Positions 11,564 to 22,598 of a stretch of DNA of 64,000 nucleotides are shown here, one piece after another; within the stretch, counting starts at the first letter, position 1; every line of letters begins with the position of its first letter. Under the pieces are notes generated by a model. That model searched no databases, had not been told where the DNA came from, and was given only the letters and a program-made list of their open reading frames with translations. Position numbers and translations under genes: made by a program. The DNA is from an uncultured Alphaproteobacteria bacterium (GTDB lineage Bacteria > Pseudomonadota > Alphaproteobacteria > Rhizobiales > Xanthobacteraceae). The stretch is from positions 105,486 through 169,485 of the forward strand of contig CAVPFQ010000025.1 in NCBI GenBank assembly GCA_963703845.1, in the 5' to 3' direction.

Positions 11564-12753
11564 TGGCCGCGCGACCAGCCGCGAGCGTCGCGCGAAAAAT
11601 CTTTTTGATCGCGACGGAAGAATCCGGCGACCGGCTCGGCGCCAATCTGATGAAGGTGCTGCGCCAGCGTCTCGGCGACGCCGTCCGCTTCGAAGGCGTC
11701 GGCGGCCAACAGATGGCGCGCGAGGGGCTGATCTCGCGCTTCGCGATCGAACAGCTGTCGATCATGGGATTGGCGGCGGTCATCAAGCAGCTGCCGAAGC
11801 TGCTACGGCTCATCCGCGAAACCACGAAAGCCGTCACGGAGAGCGCACCCGACATTCTCGTGATCATCGACAGTCCGGACTTCACCCATCGGGTGGCACG
11901 GCGCGTGCGGGCGCGCGATCCCTCGATCCCGATCATCGACTACGTCTCACCCTCGGTATGGGCCTGGCGGCCGGGCCGGGCGCGCGCCATGGTCTCCTAT
12001 GTCGATCACGTGCTGGCGCTGCTGCCGTTCGAGCCGGAGGCCTACCGCCGGCTGCGCGGGCCGCCCTGCAGCTATGTCGGCCATCCCCTGGCCGAGCAGC
12101 TCGGCTCGCTCCGGCCGGACGCTGCCGAACAGAAGCGCCGCGAGGCCGCCCCGCCGGTGCTGCTGGTGCTGCCGGGAAGCCGGCGCGGCGAGATCAGGCA
12201 CCATATGGCGGTGTTCGGCGAAGCGCTGGCGCGGCTCGCGGAGGAGGGCATGGCGTTCGAGCTGGTCCTGCCGACGATGCCGCATCTGCAGGAAGCGGTC
12301 ACCGAGGCCGCCAAAGGCTGGAGGGTCGGGCCCAGGATCGTGCTCGGCGAACAGGAGAGGCGGGCGGCGTTCCGGATCGCGCACGCCGCGCTCGCCAAGT
12401 CCGGCACCGTGACGCTCGAGCTTGCGATATCAGCGGTGCCGATGGTCACGGCCTACCGGGTGGGTGCCGCCGAGGCCTGGATCATGCTCAAGATGATCCA
12501 GGTGAATTCCGTCATCCTGGCCAATCTCGTCCTGGGTGAGAACGTGATTCCGGAATTCATCCAGCACGATTGCACGGCGGAAAAGCTATCGCCCGCGCTG
12601 CGCGACGTGCTGACGGATTCGCCGATGCGCCAACGACAACTCGCGGCTTTCGCAGGGATCGACGCCATCATGGCGACGGGCAACCAGTCGCCCAGCGTGC
12701 GTGCCGCCGACATCGTGCTGGCGACGATGCGAAAGGCGCGGCGGCCGATTTAG
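11563..12753 (+). CDS. lpxB: Lipid-A-disaccharide synthase
   Basis: ATEESGD, IDSPDF, YVSPSVWAWRPGR, VGHP, LPGSR, KSGTVTLE. Confidence 0.95.
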   Translation: MAARPAASVARKIFLIATEESGDRLGANLMKVLRQRLGDAVRFEGVGGQQMAREGLISRFAIEQLSIMGLAAVIKQLPKLLRLIRETTKAVTESAPDILVIIDSPDFTHRVARRVRARDPSIPIIDYVSPSVWAWRPGRARAMVSYVDHVLALLPFEPEAYRRLRGPPCSYVGHPLAEQLGSLRPDAAEQKRREAAPPVLLVLPGSRRGEIRHHMAVFGEALARLAEEGMAFELVLPTMPHLQEAVTEAAKGWRVGPRIVLGEQERRAAFRIAHAALAKSGTVTLELAISAVPMVTAYRVGAAEAWIMLKMIQVNSVILANLVLGENVIPEFIQHDCTAEKLSPALRDVLTDSPMRQRQLAAFAGIDAIMATGNQSPSVRAADIVLATMRKARRPI

Positions 12754-12758
12754 TTATC

Positions 12759-12880
12759 CGTCATCCTGAGGTGCGCGCTCTTGCGCGCCTCGAAGGATGA
12801 CCTGCACCGGGTTTGCGGCCCATCCTTCGAGGCTCGCCCAGCGGTGCACGTGCACCGCAAGGCTCGCGCCTCGGATGCCG
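12759..12880. repeat. Inverted pair of REP-like palindromic elements between convergent lpxB and gltA
   Basis: cgtcatcctgaggtgcgcgc...cctcgaaggatg followed by inverted catccttcgagg...; includes the perfect palindrome gcggtgcacgtgcaccgc at 12841-12858. Confidence 0.75.
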
Positions 12881-12912
12881 GATGGCAGGAGCGGCAACCT
12901 TCGAGCTTCCGA

Positions 12913-14217
12913 CTACTTCCGCTTGCCGATATCCACGTAATCGCGCCGGGTGACGCCGGTATAGAGCTGGCGCGGGCGGCCGATCTTCTGCTGCGGGTCC
13001 TCGATCATCTCGCTCCACTGGCTGATCCAGCCGACGGTGCGCGCGACCGCAAACAGCACGGTGAACATCGAGGTCGGAAAACCCATCGCCTTCAGCGTGA
13101 TGCCCGAATAGAAATCGACGTTCGGATAGAGCTTGCGGTCGATGAAATAGGGATCGTTGAGCGCGATCTTTTCCAGTTCCAGCGCGACCTTGAGCATCGG
13201 GTCGTCGCCATGGCCGGTCTCCGCCAGCACCGCGTGACACATCTTCTGCATGATCTTCGCGCGCGGATCGTAGTTCTTGTAGACCCGATGGCCAAAGCCC
13301 ATCAGGCGGACTTCGCTGTTCTTGTCCTTCACCCGCTTGATGAAGTCCGGAATCTTGTCGACCGAGCCGATGCCGGACAGCATCGCCAGCGCCGCCTCGT
13401 TGGCGCCGCCATGCGCCGGGCCCCACAGGCAGGCGATGCCGGCGGCGATGCAGGCGAACGGGTTGGCGCCGGAAGAGCCGGCGATGCGCACCGTCGAGGT
13501 CGAAGCGTTCTGTTCGTGGTCGGCGTGCAGGATGAAGATCTTGTCGAGCGCATCCGCCAGCACCGGATTGATCCTGTATTCCTCGCACGGCACCGCAAAG
13601 CACATGTTGAGGAAGTTCTCGGCGAAGGACAGCGAGTTCTTCGGATAGATGAAGGGCTGGCCGATGGTGTATTTGAACGCCATCGCGGCGAGCGTCGGGA
13701 TCTTCGCGATCATGCGCATCGAGGCGATCATGCGCTGCTGCGGGTCATTGATGTCGGTGGAGTCGTGGTAGAACGCCGCCAGCGCGCCGACGGCTGCCAC
13801 CATGATCGCCATCGGATGGGCGTCGCGGCGAAAACCCTGGTAGAAGCGGGCCATCTGCTCGTGAACCATGGTGTGATGGATCACGCGGTTGTCGAAATCG
13901 GCTTTCTGCGCCTTGGTCGGCAATTCGCCGTAGAGCAGCAGGTAGCAGGTTTCCAGGAAATCGCCGCGTTCGGCGAGCTGTTCGATCGGGTAGCCGCGGT
14001 ATTCCAGGATGCCGGCGTCCCCGTCGATATAGGTGATCTTGGACTGGCAGCTGGCGGTGGAGGTAAATCCCGGATCGTAGGTGAACATCCCGGATTGGGC
14101 GTAGAGTTTGGCGATGTCGACGACATCGGGCCCGACGGTGCCGCTCAGGATCGGGAAATCGTAAGTCTTGTTGCCGACCGTCAGTGTTGCGGTTTTGGTG
14201 TTGGATGTTGCGTCCAT
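12913..14217 (-). CDS. gltA: Citrate synthase (type II)
   Basis: [37 protein letters not shown]; start inferred at MDATSN. Confidence 0.96.
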   Translation of the reverse strand: MDATSNTKTATLTVGNKTYDFPILSGTVGPDVVDIAKLYAQSGMFTYDPGFTSTASCQSKITYIDGDAGILEYRGYPIEQLAERGDFLETCYLLLYGELPTKAQKADFDNRVIHHTMVHEQMARFYQGFRRDAHPMAIMVAAVGALAAFYHDSTDINDPQQRMIASMRMIAKIPTLAAMAFKYTIGQPFIYPKNSLSFAENFLNMCFAVPCEEYRINPVLADALDKIFILHADHEQNASTSTVRIAGSSGANPFACIAAGIACLWGPAHGGANEAALAMLSGIGSVDKIPDFIKRVKDKNSEVRLMGFGHRVYKNYDPRAKIMQKMCHAVLAETGHGDDPMLKVALELEKIALNDPYFIDRKLYPNVDFYSGITLKAMGFPTSMFTVLFAVARTVGWISQWSEMIEDPQQKIGRPRQLYTGVTRRDYVDIGKRK

Positions 14218-14376
14218 CGTGAAGTCCCCGATGAGATCGTTGCAGAATGCGGCGGCCAAGGGCGCCATGCCGAAGCGATGGCGACAGGAAGCCGGCTATT
14301 CCAGAAGCACTTCTTAGATGGGTATCTTATTGCTGTTTGCACTGCAAGATGGGCACGGCTGGCCTGCGCTACCATC

Positions 14377-15801
14377 TCATGACGGGGCTTGATCGCCAAG
14401 CCGGGACAGGCATTCCTGTTTTCCAAGCACCCAAAGCACCTCGAAGATGCCGGGCGAGGTGGTTTTCCCGGTCAGCGCCACGCGGAGCGGCTGGGCCACC
14501 GCGCCGAGCTTGAGGTTACTGGCTTCGGCGAACGCCCGCATCGCGGCCTCGGTGGTTTCCGCCGTCCACGGGTCGACCGCCGCCAGCGCGGCGCGCAGCC
14601 GGTCGATCAGTTCGCGCGTTTCCGGCGTCAGCAGGGCTTCGGCCTTGGGTTCGATCTCGAGCGGCCGGTCGGCGAAGATGAAATAGGAGGAGTCGATCAG
14701 CTCGATCAGCGTCTTGGCGCGCTCCTTCAGGCTCGGCATCGCCGCCAGCAGTTGCGCGCGCCTGGCATCGGTGAGCTTGGCCTTCAACTCGGTGCCATCA
14801 GGCACATAGTCCAGCACGCGCTCGAATTGGGTCACGAGGGATTGATCGTCGGAGTGGCGGATATAGTGGCCGTTCAGGTTCTCCAGCTTGGCGAAGTCGA
14901 AGCGGGCGGCCGAGCGGCCGATACCGGACAAGTCGAAAGCCCTCATCATCTCCTCGGTGGAGAAGATTTCCTGGTCGCCGTGGCTCCAGCCGAGCCGGAC
15001 CAGGTAATTGCGCAGCGCCGCCGGCAAATATCCCATCGCGCGGTAGGCATCGACCCCCAGCGCGCCATGGCGTTTTGACAGTTTCGAGCCGTCGGGGCCA
15101 TGGATCAGCGGGATATGCGACATGCTGGGGACGCCCCACCCCAGCGCATCGTAGATCTGCTTCTGGCGCGCGGCGTTGATGAGGTGATCGTCGCCACGGA
15201 TGACGTGGGTGACGCCCATGTCGTGGTCGTCGACCACCACCGCCAGCATGTAGGTCGGGTTGCCGTCGCCGCGCAGCAGCACGAGGTCGTCGAGGTTCTC
15301 GTTCTGCCAGATCACGCGGCCCTGCACCTGGTCCTCGATCACGGTCTCGCCGGTCAAGGGCGATCTGAGCCGGATCGTCGGCTTGATGTCGATTCGCGCT
15401 TCCGCGGCGTCGCGATCGCGCCACATCCCGTCATAGAGGCGGGTGCGGCCCTCGGCGCGGGCCTTGGCGCGCATCTCGGCGAGCTCTTCAGGTGTGGCGT
15501 AGCAGCGATAGGCATGGCCGCCGGCCAGAAGCGCTTCCGCGACCTCGCGGTGCCGCGCGGCGCGGGTAAACTGGTAGACGACGTCGCCGTCCCAATCGAG
15601 CTCGAGCCATTTCAGCCCGTCGAGGATGGCGGCAATCGCCGGCTCGGTCGAGCGCTCGCGATCGGTGTCCTCGATTCGCAACAGCATCTTGCCGCCGTGC
15701 TTCCTGGCATAGAGCCAGTTGAACAGCGCGGTGCGGGCGCCGCCGATATGGAGGAAGCCGGTCGGGGAGGGCGCAAAGCGGGTGACGATGGAATCGGTCA
15801 T
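14377..15801 (-). CDS. gltX: Glutamate--tRNA ligase
   Basis: [14 protein letters not shown] (HIGH-type) and KLSKR motifs. Confidence 0.96.
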   Translation of the reverse strand: MTDSIVTRFAPSPTGFLHIGGARTALFNWLYARKHGGKMLLRIEDTDRERSTEPAIAAILDGLKWLELDWDGDVVYQFTRAARHREVAEALLAGGHAYRCYATPEELAEMRAKARAEGRTRLYDGMWRDRDAAEARIDIKPTIRLRSPLTGETVIEDQVQGRVIWQNENLDDLVLLRGDGNPTYMLAVVVDDHDMGVTHVIRGDDHLINAARQKQIYDALGWGVPSMSHIPLIHGPDGSKLSKRHGALGVDAYRAMGYLPAALRNYLVRLGWSHGDQEIFSTEEMMRAFDLSGIGRSAARFDFAKLENLNGHYIRHSDDQSLVTQFERVLDYVPDGTELKAKLTDARRAQLLAAMPSLKERAKTLIELIDSSYFIFADRPLEIEPKAEALLTPETRELIDRLRAALAAVDPWTAETTEAAMRAFAEASNLKLGAVAQPLRVALTGKTTSPGIFEVLWVLGKQECLSRLGDQAPS

Positions 15802-15940
15802 TTAAGGGAGCGGGCCGGGAACAAAGAGGGCATGCGGAAAGCGCGCTGGTGTATAGCAGGAACGGTACATAACTAAAGCCTTCCGTGGGACTGGCGGATT
15901 TGGCAGAACCTTCCGTTGATTCCCGATCAGGAAACCGAGA

Positions 15941-17620
15941 ATGACGACAATAGAACCGGTGGCCGCGGAGGCAGGACGCGATTTCATTCGCGACATCGTC
16001 CAGGCCGACCTCGACAAACACAGGCTGATCGTGACCCGGTTCCCGCCGGAGCCGAACGGCTATCTGCATATCGGCCACGCCAAGTCGATCGCGCTCAATT
16101 TCGGCATCGCGCAGGAATTTGCCGGCCGCTGCCACCTGCGTTTCGACGACACCAATCCCACCCGGGAAGAGCAGGAATATATCGACTCGATCCAGGCCGA
16201 CGTGCACTGGCTCGGCTACGACTGGGGCAAGCACCTGTTCTATGCCTCGGACTATTTCGACAGGCTCTACGAATGGGCGGAGGGCCTGATCCGCGCAGGC
16301 CTGGCCTATGTCGACGACCAGTCGCAGGCGGAAATCCGCCATTCGCGCGGCACGCTGACCGAGCCCGGCAGGAACAGCCCGTTCCGCGATCGCCCCATCG
16401 AGGAAAACCTCGATCTGTTTCGCCGCATGAAGGCCGGCGAGTTTCCCAACGGCGCCCGCGTGCTGCGCGCCAAGATCGACATGGCCGCCGGCAACATCAA
16501 CCTGCGCGATCCCGTGCTCTATCGCATCCTGCACGCCCACCATCCGCGGACCGGCGACAAATGGTCGATCTATCCGAGCTATGATTACGCCCATGGCCAG
16601 TCGGACGCGATCGAGGGCGTCACGCATTCGATCTGCACGCTGGAATTCGAGGATCACCGGCCGCTCTATGACTGGTTCCTGGACAAGCTGCCGGTGCCGT
16701 CAAAACCGCATCAGTATGAATTCGCCCGCCTCAATCTGAGCTATACGCTGCTGTCGAAGCGCGTGCTGACCCAGCTCGTGCGCGACGGCCATGTCTCGGA
16801 CTGGGACGATCCGCGGATGCCGACCATTGCGGGCCTGAAGCGGCGCGGCGTGCCGCCGGCCGCGATCCGCGAATTCATCAAGCGGATCGGCGTTGCGAAA
16901 GCCAACAGCGTGGTCGATGTCGGCATGCTGGAGTTTTGCATTCGGGAGGAGCTGAACCGGACATCTCAGCGGCGGATGGCGGTGCTGCGGCCGCTGAAGG
17001 TCGTGATCGAGAATTATCCGGAAGGCGAAACCGAGGAGATCGAGGCGATCAACCATCCGGACGATCCCAACGCCGGCACCCGCCGTATCGCGTTCGGCCG
17101 CGAGCTCTACATCGAGCGCGACGATTTCATGGAAAATCCGCCGAAGAAGTTTTTCCGGCTATCGCCCGGCACCGAGGTGCGGCTGCGCTATGCCTATTTC
17201 ATCAAGTGCACCGGCGTCCTTAAGAACGACGCCGGCGAAGTGATCGAGCTGCGTTGCAGCTACGACCCCGCGACCCGCGGCGGCAACGCCCCCGACGGCC
17301 GCAAGGTCAAGGCCACCATGCACTGGCTGCCGGCCAAGCAGTCGGTGCCGGCGGAAATCCGCGTCTACAGCCAGCTGTTTGCAAAGCCCTCGCCGGATGC
17401 CGCCAATTTCGCCGCCGACCTCAACCCGCACTCACTGGAAGTCTTGAAGGATGCGAGGATCGAGCCCGCGATCGTGCAGGCCAATTCGAACGAGGTGATG
17501 CAGTTCGAGCGCCAGGGTTATTTCGTCCGCGACAAGGACTCGGCGCCGGACCGACTCGTATTCAACCGCACCATTGGCCTGCGCGATACCTTTGCGAAGG
17601 AAGTCGGCGGCAAGACATGA
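15941..17620 (+). CDS. glnS: Glutamine--tRNA ligase
   Basis: [47 protein letters not shown]. Confidence 0.93.
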   Translation: MTTIEPVAAEAGRDFIRDIVQADLDKHRLIVTRFPPEPNGYLHIGHAKSIALNFGIAQEFAGRCHLRFDDTNPTREEQEYIDSIQADVHWLGYDWGKHLFYASDYFDRLYEWAEGLIRAGLAYVDDQSQAEIRHSRGTLTEPGRNSPFRDRPIEENLDLFRRMKAGEFPNGARVLRAKIDMAAGNINLRDPVLYRILHAHHPRTGDKWSIYPSYDYAHGQSDAIEGVTHSICTLEFEDHRPLYDWFLDKLPVPSKPHQYEFARLNLSYTLLSKRVLTQLVRDGHVSDWDDPRMPTIAGLKRRGVPPAAIREFIKRIGVAKANSVVDVGMLEFCIREELNRTSQRRMAVLRPLKVVIENYPEGETEEIEAINHPDDPNAGTRRIAFGRELYIERDDFMENPPKKFFRLSPGTEVRLRYAYFIKCTGVLKNDAGEVIELRCSYDPATRGGNAPDGRKVKATMHWLPAKQSVPAEIRVYSQLFAKPSPDAANFAADLNPHSLEVLKDARIEPAIVQANSNEVMQFERQGYFVRDKDSAPDRLVFNRTIGLRDTFAKEVGGKT

Positions 17621-18021
17621 GCGATCCGATGCGAGGCGTGGCCGACGATACGGTATCAGCCATCATCGAGAAGTGGTCGGCGGCGTTCAACAGGCTCGAC
17701 GCGGATGCGCTTTCCTCGCTTTACTCGAAGCAAGCATTCTTCTTCGGGTCGAACCCCCGGCTCTATCGCGGCAGGGACGGCGTCAAGGCCTATTTCAACG
17801 GCTTGCCGCGATGGCGTTCGCCTGCCGTTCAATTCACCGATCGCGCAGCGACGATGGTCAATCCCGACCTGATTAATTTCGCGGCCACGGCATCTTTTGT
17901 CGTCGAGGAAGGGGCGCTGCCGTTATTGGTCAAGATCACCTGGGTCATCGTTCGCGAGGACGGCGGCTGGAAAATCGCCAGCCATCACGTCTCGTCGACG
18001 ACCCCGCTCATCGAGCAGTAG
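17617..18021 (+). CDS. SnoaL/NTF2-like (SgcJ/DUF4440-type) protein
   Basis: [18 protein letters not shown]...GRDGVKAYF...WKIASHHVS; ATGA overlap with the glnS stop. Confidence 0.75.
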   Translation: MSDPMRGVADDTVSAIIEKWSAAFNRLDADALSSLYSKQAFFFGSNPRLYRGRDGVKAYFNGLPRWRSPAVQFTDRAATMVNPDLINFAATASFVVEEGALPLLVKITWVIVREDGGWKIASHHVSSTTPLIEQ

Positions 18022-18031
18022 GTTGGTGCAG

Positions 18032-18358
18032 CTACTGGCAATAGCCGTAGAGCCCGCAGACGTAAGGAAGGCGGACGGCATAGGAGACATAGGGCCCGCC
18101 GTAATACGCGCCGGGATAGTAGAAGTCCCACGACGAGCCGTAGTTATAGTTGCCGCGGTTCCACAGCGGGTTCTGCAGGAGATTGTAGGGGATGATCGGC
18201 GCCACGGCTTCGCGTTCGCGACGGACTTCGACACGGACCGCGGGCGGCTCGTCGGCGAAAATCGCGCCGAGCCGGCTCTGGGTCGGCAGATCGGCGGCCT
18301 GCGCGATCGTTGCGGTGAGCAAGGTTGCAAAAACAGACAGCACGATCCTGCGCGGCAT
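18032..18358 (-). CDS. Small secreted protein with a Tyr/Gly/Pro-rich C-terminus
   Basis: Signal peptide ending AQA-ADLP; tail YNYGSSWDFYYPGAYYGGPYVSY...CGLYGYC. Confidence 0.7.
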   Translation of the reverse strand: MPRRIVLSVFATLLTATIAQAADLPTQSRLGAIFADEPPAVRVEVRREREAVAPIIPYNLLQNPLWNRGNYNYGSSWDFYYPGAYYGGPYVSYAVRLPYVCGLYGYCQ

Positions 18359-18505
18359 GGCCTGATCCCCACGTTGAATTCGGGGATCCTAGTCGCGAGG
18401 CCGCTAGTAATGGTTAACGGCCGTAGCCCATGGGCCGAGCCCCCTCTTGATAAACGGCTTCAAGTTCAGGCTTCAAGTTCCGGCCTGCCTTGGGCCGACC
18501 CATAG

Positions 18506-18712
18506 TCAATCCAGGGCGTCGTGACCGGCCGGTGTCAGCACCGGCTCTCCGTCGCGCATTTCGATCAGGCCGAGTTCGGTCAGCGTGGCAAGGTCGCTCG
18601 CGCTGACGGGCGAGAGTTTCAGCCGCTGGGCCTTGATATCGCGAAGCGTCCAGCGCAGGGCGATGGCTTTCTCGAGGCTGAATTGGACGAATGGCGTGGG
18701 ATTGTCGGTCAT
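18506..18712 (-). CDS. Small hypothetical protein (68 aa, possibly winged-helix-like)
   Basis: Plausible composition; LTELGLIEMRDGEPVLTPAG resembles a wHTH wing. Confidence 0.6.
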   Translation of the reverse strand: MTDNPTPFVQFSLEKAIALRWTLRDIKAQRLKLSPVSASDLATLTELGLIEMRDGEPVLTPAGHDALD

Positions 18713-18765
18713 GGGCCTTGTAGAAGCCCCAGCGGCGGAATTCGTTCCGCCGCCGCAAGCAGCGA

Positions 18766-19539
18766 TCAGTAGCGTGCGAGGATCGGGCTGCCGAATGAGT
18801 AGTTCACCCCGGCCTTGACGGTATCGATGCGCAGGTTCTGATTGAACAGGAACGGCGCCCCGCCAGCGCTGAAGACGGTGTAGCCGAGCACATTGCCGAA
18901 GTCGTAGTGCAGATACTCGACCTTGGCGCTCCAGTTCGGCGCAAATTTGTATTCCGCGCCGGCGCCGATGGTGTATCCGGAATCGGTGGAGTGCCGGGTC
19001 AGCGACGAGAATGAACCGGTGACGGTGCTGAAGCTCGACGCGTCATCCAGCAGGGCGTAGCCGCCCTTGACGTAAAACAGCGCGCGATCGTAGGTGATGC
19101 CGAGCCGGCCGGTGAAATCGATATAGGCGCCGCTCCGCAGGCCGACGCGGGTTCCGGACGCGGTACCCGTCAGCGGGGTGGTCCCGCCCAGATCCATGTA
19201 GCCGCCGTCGGCTTCGAGGCCGAACAGAAAGCTGCTGGCCTGCCAGTTATAGCCGGCCTGACCGCCGGCGAGGAAACCATTGGTGTTGATGGAGGTCACC
19301 GTTGCCGGGGGCGCCGCGGCGGCGTAGCCGTTGATGTCGGTGATATCGGAATGCGCCCATACACCGCCCGCGTTCAGGCCGGCGTAAAAGCCCGCCCAGC
19401 TGATCACGGGATTGACCGCCACCAGCGGCGGCGCCTTGGCGTAGGGCACCGCGCCGAAATCGGCCGCGGATGCCGCGCTGACGCTGATGATGGCGCCGAT
19501 CGCCGCGGCGGCTGAAAGCACCGGTTTTGAACTTGTCAT
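18766..19539 (-). CDS. Omp25/RopB-family outer membrane beta-barrel protein
   Basis: Signal peptide then AADF..YAKAPP, SWAGFYAGLNAG, GAEYKFAPNWSAKVEYLHYDF, C-terminal GVNYSF. Confidence 0.88.
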   Translation of the reverse strand: MTSSKPVLSAAAAIGAIISVSAASAADFGAVPYAKAPPLVAVNPVISWAGFYAGLNAGGVWAHSDITDINGYAAAAPPATVTSINTNGFLAGGQAGYNWQASSFLFGLEADGGYMDLGGTTPLTGTASGTRVGLRSGAYIDFTGRLGITYDRALFYVKGGYALLDDASSFSTVTGSFSSLTRHSTDSGYTIGAGAEYKFAPNWSAKVEYLHYDFGNVLGYTVFSAGGAPFLFNQNLRIDTVKAGVNYSFGSPILARY

Positions 19540-19790
19540 GCAAACTCCCCAGGCATGCAACGGGAGCATTGGCGTCAAAGCAAAATACCGTCGGCCAAGG
19601 CCCCATACCCCGCCTTCTTGGTAGGCCGAATACCCTTAAGGGAGCGTTCGGCGACATGGTAAACGCCCGGACTCCGCGCCGATGCGTGGGTAGCGTTTTC
19701 CCCCGATATTCCACATCCGTTCCACTAGCCCGGCGCCGACAGCCTACGGTAGCATTTCGACCCTGAGCATGTTGCGTGGGGTGAGGCCGG

Positions 19791-22061
19791 ATGGCGCAGG
19801 GGCGCAGGACCCGGACGCAGGGGATCGCCGGCACATGGCCGCCGCGCGAGGCGGCGGGCGGCTTCGCGCCTTCCGGTTTCGACACATGGCCCCAGCTTGC
19901 CGCCAAACTGCGCGAATGGATTTTGGCCGAGGCCGGCGCCGGCCGCCTGCTGCCCTGGGTGCCGATCGCCTTCGGCACCGGCATTGCGTTCTATTTCGCC
20001 GCCGATCATGAACCGGTCCTGCCGGTTGCCGCCATCACGGCGATGCTGCTTTGCCTCGCCGCTCTCCTGCTCCGCCGACACAAGGCCTTTCCGGTCGCGG
20101 TAATGGTCGCGGCCATTGCGGTGGGCTTTGCCACGGCAACCCTCAGGACCGCTTGGATCGGCCATGGCGTGCTGGCACGGCCCCTCTATGGCGTCACGCT
20201 GTCGGGCTTTGTCGAGACCCGCGACATCCGCGAGCGCACCGACCGCTTCGTGCTGCATGTGGTCGCGATGGACAGTCCGCGCGCGGCGACAAAACTGGAG
20301 CGGGTGCGGCTGTCGGTGCGCAAGGGCACCGCACCCGACGTCGGCAGCTTTGTGGAATTGAAGGCGCGGCTGCAGCCGCCGCTCGCGCCCTTGCGGCCCG
20401 GCTCCTACGATTTCGGCCGCGACATGTTCTTCCAGGGTATCGGCGCCTCCGGTTTCGTCACGGGAGCGATCAAGACCGTGCAGGCGCCCGTCAGCGGCGG
20501 GCTCTCGCTGCGCTACGCCGCCATGATGCAAGGCTTGCGCGATTCCATCGACGCGCGGATCCGCACCACGCTCGACGGCGACAGGCGCGCGATCGCAACA
20601 GCGCTTCTGACCGGCCGCCGCGACGCCATCACCACGCCCGTCAACGATGCCATGTTCATCTCCGGCCTCGGCCATGTCTTGTCGATCTCGGGCTATCACA
20701 TGGCTGTCGTCGCCGGCGTGGTGTTTTTTGCGGTGCGCGCGCTGCTGGCGCTGATCCCCGCACTCGCCACCGGCTTTCCGATCAAGAAATGGTCGGCGGC
20801 CGCAGCGCTGGCCGCAGCGCTGTTTTATCTGCTGCTGTCGGGCGCCGAAGTCGCAACCCAACGCTCCTTCTTCATGACGGCGGTGGTGCTGATCGCAATC
20901 ATGGTCGACCGCCGCGCCATCACCTTCCGGACGCTCGCGGTGTCGGCGATGATCGTGCTTTTGATGGCGCCGGAAGCGCTGGTGCATCCGAGTTTCCAGA
21001 TGTCGTTCGCGGCCACGCTCGGCCTGGTGGCGCTGGTGCAGATCGGCATGCCGCGCCTGTTTGCTTCGCCCGATCATTCGGCGACCGCCAAGGTCGCGCT
21101 CTGGGGCGGCCGCGAGCTGATGACGCTGACGCTCGCCTCGCTGGTCGCGGGGCTTGCGACCACGCCCTACGCCGCCTTCCATTTCCATCGCATCACGCCC
21201 TACGGCGTCCTCGCCAACCTGGCGGCGATGCCGGTGGTGTCGGCGTTGGTGATGCCGGCCGGCTTGCTGGGCCTGGCCGCGATGCCGTTCGGCTTCGACG
21301 GCGTGTTCTGGTGGCTGATGGGCATCGGCATCGACTGGATGATCGCGGTGACGCGATGGGTCGCCGCGCTTCCCGGCGCGATCGGACGGATGGCGGCATT
21401 CGGCATCGGGCCGCTGATCGCGGCCTCGATCGGGATCGTGTTGTTGGGGCTGTTGCGGACGCCGCTGCGCTGGTCGGGCGCAGCCGTGCTGGCGCTATCG
21501 GTGGTATGGGCGCTGATGGTGCCGCAGCCGGACATCCTGATCTCCGCCGACGGCCACAATGTCGGCGTCCGGGGCAGGGACGGCCGGCTGCATTTGATGC
21601 GCACGGCGAAGGATGCGTTCCTGCTGAAGGAGTGGCTCGCCGCCGACGCCGATCCGAGGTTGCCCACCGACCCCACGCTCGGCGACGGCGTGTCCTGCGA
21701 CGGCGAGGGCTGCGTCACCGAGATGGAAGCGGGCGGTCTCGTCGCGCTGACGCTGAAGCCAGAGGCGCTGGCGGACGATTGCGCGCACGCGGCGCTATTG
21801 GTGACCGCGAGGCAGGCGCCGCCGTCATGCGCGTCGGCGGTGATCGGCCGGGATCTCTGGACCAGCCATGGCGCGATCGCGCTGTGGCGCAACGGGTCCG
21901 CCTTCAGGCTCAGCGCCAACAAGCCGCGCGGCGTCGACCGGCCATGGTCGCCGGCGGCAGGCGACGAGCCGGCGACCGAACCAGCGCTGGTTTCGCGCGC
22001 AAAACCGCCGCGCGCGGTGGACGCGACGCCCGCGGAGGCCGATCTTCAAGCGGAGGAGTGA
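19791..22061 (+). CDS. comEC: ComEC/Rec2-family DNA uptake membrane protein
   Basis: DUF4131-like region, SGLGHVLSISGYHM, HPSFQMSF, many TM segments; usual lexA-comEC-gltX neighbourhood. Confidence 0.9.
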   Translation: MAQGRRTRTQGIAGTWPPREAAGGFAPSGFDTWPQLAAKLREWILAEAGAGRLLPWVPIAFGTGIAFYFAADHEPVLPVAAITAMLLCLAALLLRRHKAFPVAVMVAAIAVGFATATLRTAWIGHGVLARPLYGVTLSGFVETRDIRERTDRFVLHVVAMDSPRAATKLERVRLSVRKGTAPDVGSFVELKARLQPPLAPLRPGSYDFGRDMFFQGIGASGFVTGAIKTVQAPVSGGLSLRYAAMMQGLRDSIDARIRTTLDGDRRAIATALLTGRRDAITTPVNDAMFISGLGHVLSISGYHMAVVAGVVFFAVRALLALIPALATGFPIKKWSAAAALAAALFYLLLSGAEVATQRSFFMTAVVLIAIMVDRRAITFRTLAVSAMIVLLMAPEALVHPSFQMSFAATLGLVALVQIGMPRLFASPDHSATAKVALWGGRELMTLTLASLVAGLATTPYAAFHFHRITPYGVLANLAAMPVVSALVMPAGLLGLAAMPFGFDGVFWWLMGIGIDWMIAVTRWVAALPGAIGRMAAFGIGPLIAASIGIVLLGLLRTPLRWSGAAVLALSVVWALMVPQPDILISADGHNVGVRGRDGRLHLMRTAKDAFLLKEWLAADADPRLPTDPTLGDGVSCDGEGCVTEMEAGGLVALTLKPEALADDCAHAALLVTARQAPPSCASAVIGRDLWTSHGAIALWRNGSAFRLSANKPRGVDRPWSPAAGDEPATEPALVSRAKPPRAVDATPAEADLQAEE

Positions 22062-22070
22062 TTTTCTCTC

Positions 22071-22175
22071 CGTCATTCCGGGGCAGCCCGCAGGGCTGAA
22101 CCTCAGATGCGCAATTGCGCATTGGGGAATCTCGAGATTCCGGGTTCGATGCTTTCGCATCGCCCCGCAATGACG
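22071..22175. repeat. REP/MITE-like palindromic element, family A
   Basis: Terminal inverted repeats cgtcattccgggg/ccccgcaatgacg, core ggaatctcgagattcc, internal palindrome atgcgcaattgcgcat. Confidence 0.8.
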
Positions 22176-22180
22176 AGAAT

Positions 22181-22423
22181 CTATTTCTCCTGCGACGCCG
22201 GCACCTGCCGCAGTTCGAAGGCACCGAGATGAAACTCTTCACTCGCGTCGGTTGCGGGTGCCCCCGCGGTCTTGACCAGGGCGAACGTAGCGTCCGGGAA
22301 TTGCTGCCAGACCGCGAGATCTTCCGGCGCAATGGTGAGCCAGCCGAACCGGAACATGTAGCGGCCGGGTTCGGTGACGTGTCCGACTTGCTGCCAGCTG
22401 ACCTTGTTGACGCCCAATCCCAC
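22181..22423 (-). CDS. Small hypothetical protein
   Basis: Aromatic-rich ORF WQQVGHVTEPGRYMFRFGWLTI; AAGGA upstream; exact start uncertain. Confidence 0.6.
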   Translation of the reverse strand: MGLGVNKVSWQQVGHVTEPGRYMFRFGWLTIAPEDLAVWQQFPDATFALVKTAGAPATDASEEFHLGAFELRQVPASQEK

Positions 22424-22598
22424 CGTCCTTCGCGCGAGCGGTCAAAACGGCGACGCGCCGCCAGCCGCCTTCGCGCCAGTCCTGTCCCATTCGTTTCTTC
22501 GGCACACACATTCTGGTCGCGATCCCTTCAGGAGAATCGCGTGTAACCCGGCGCGGTGCCGATCCCGCCGGCCGGAGCCGGCGGGGCGGCGAAAGGTC

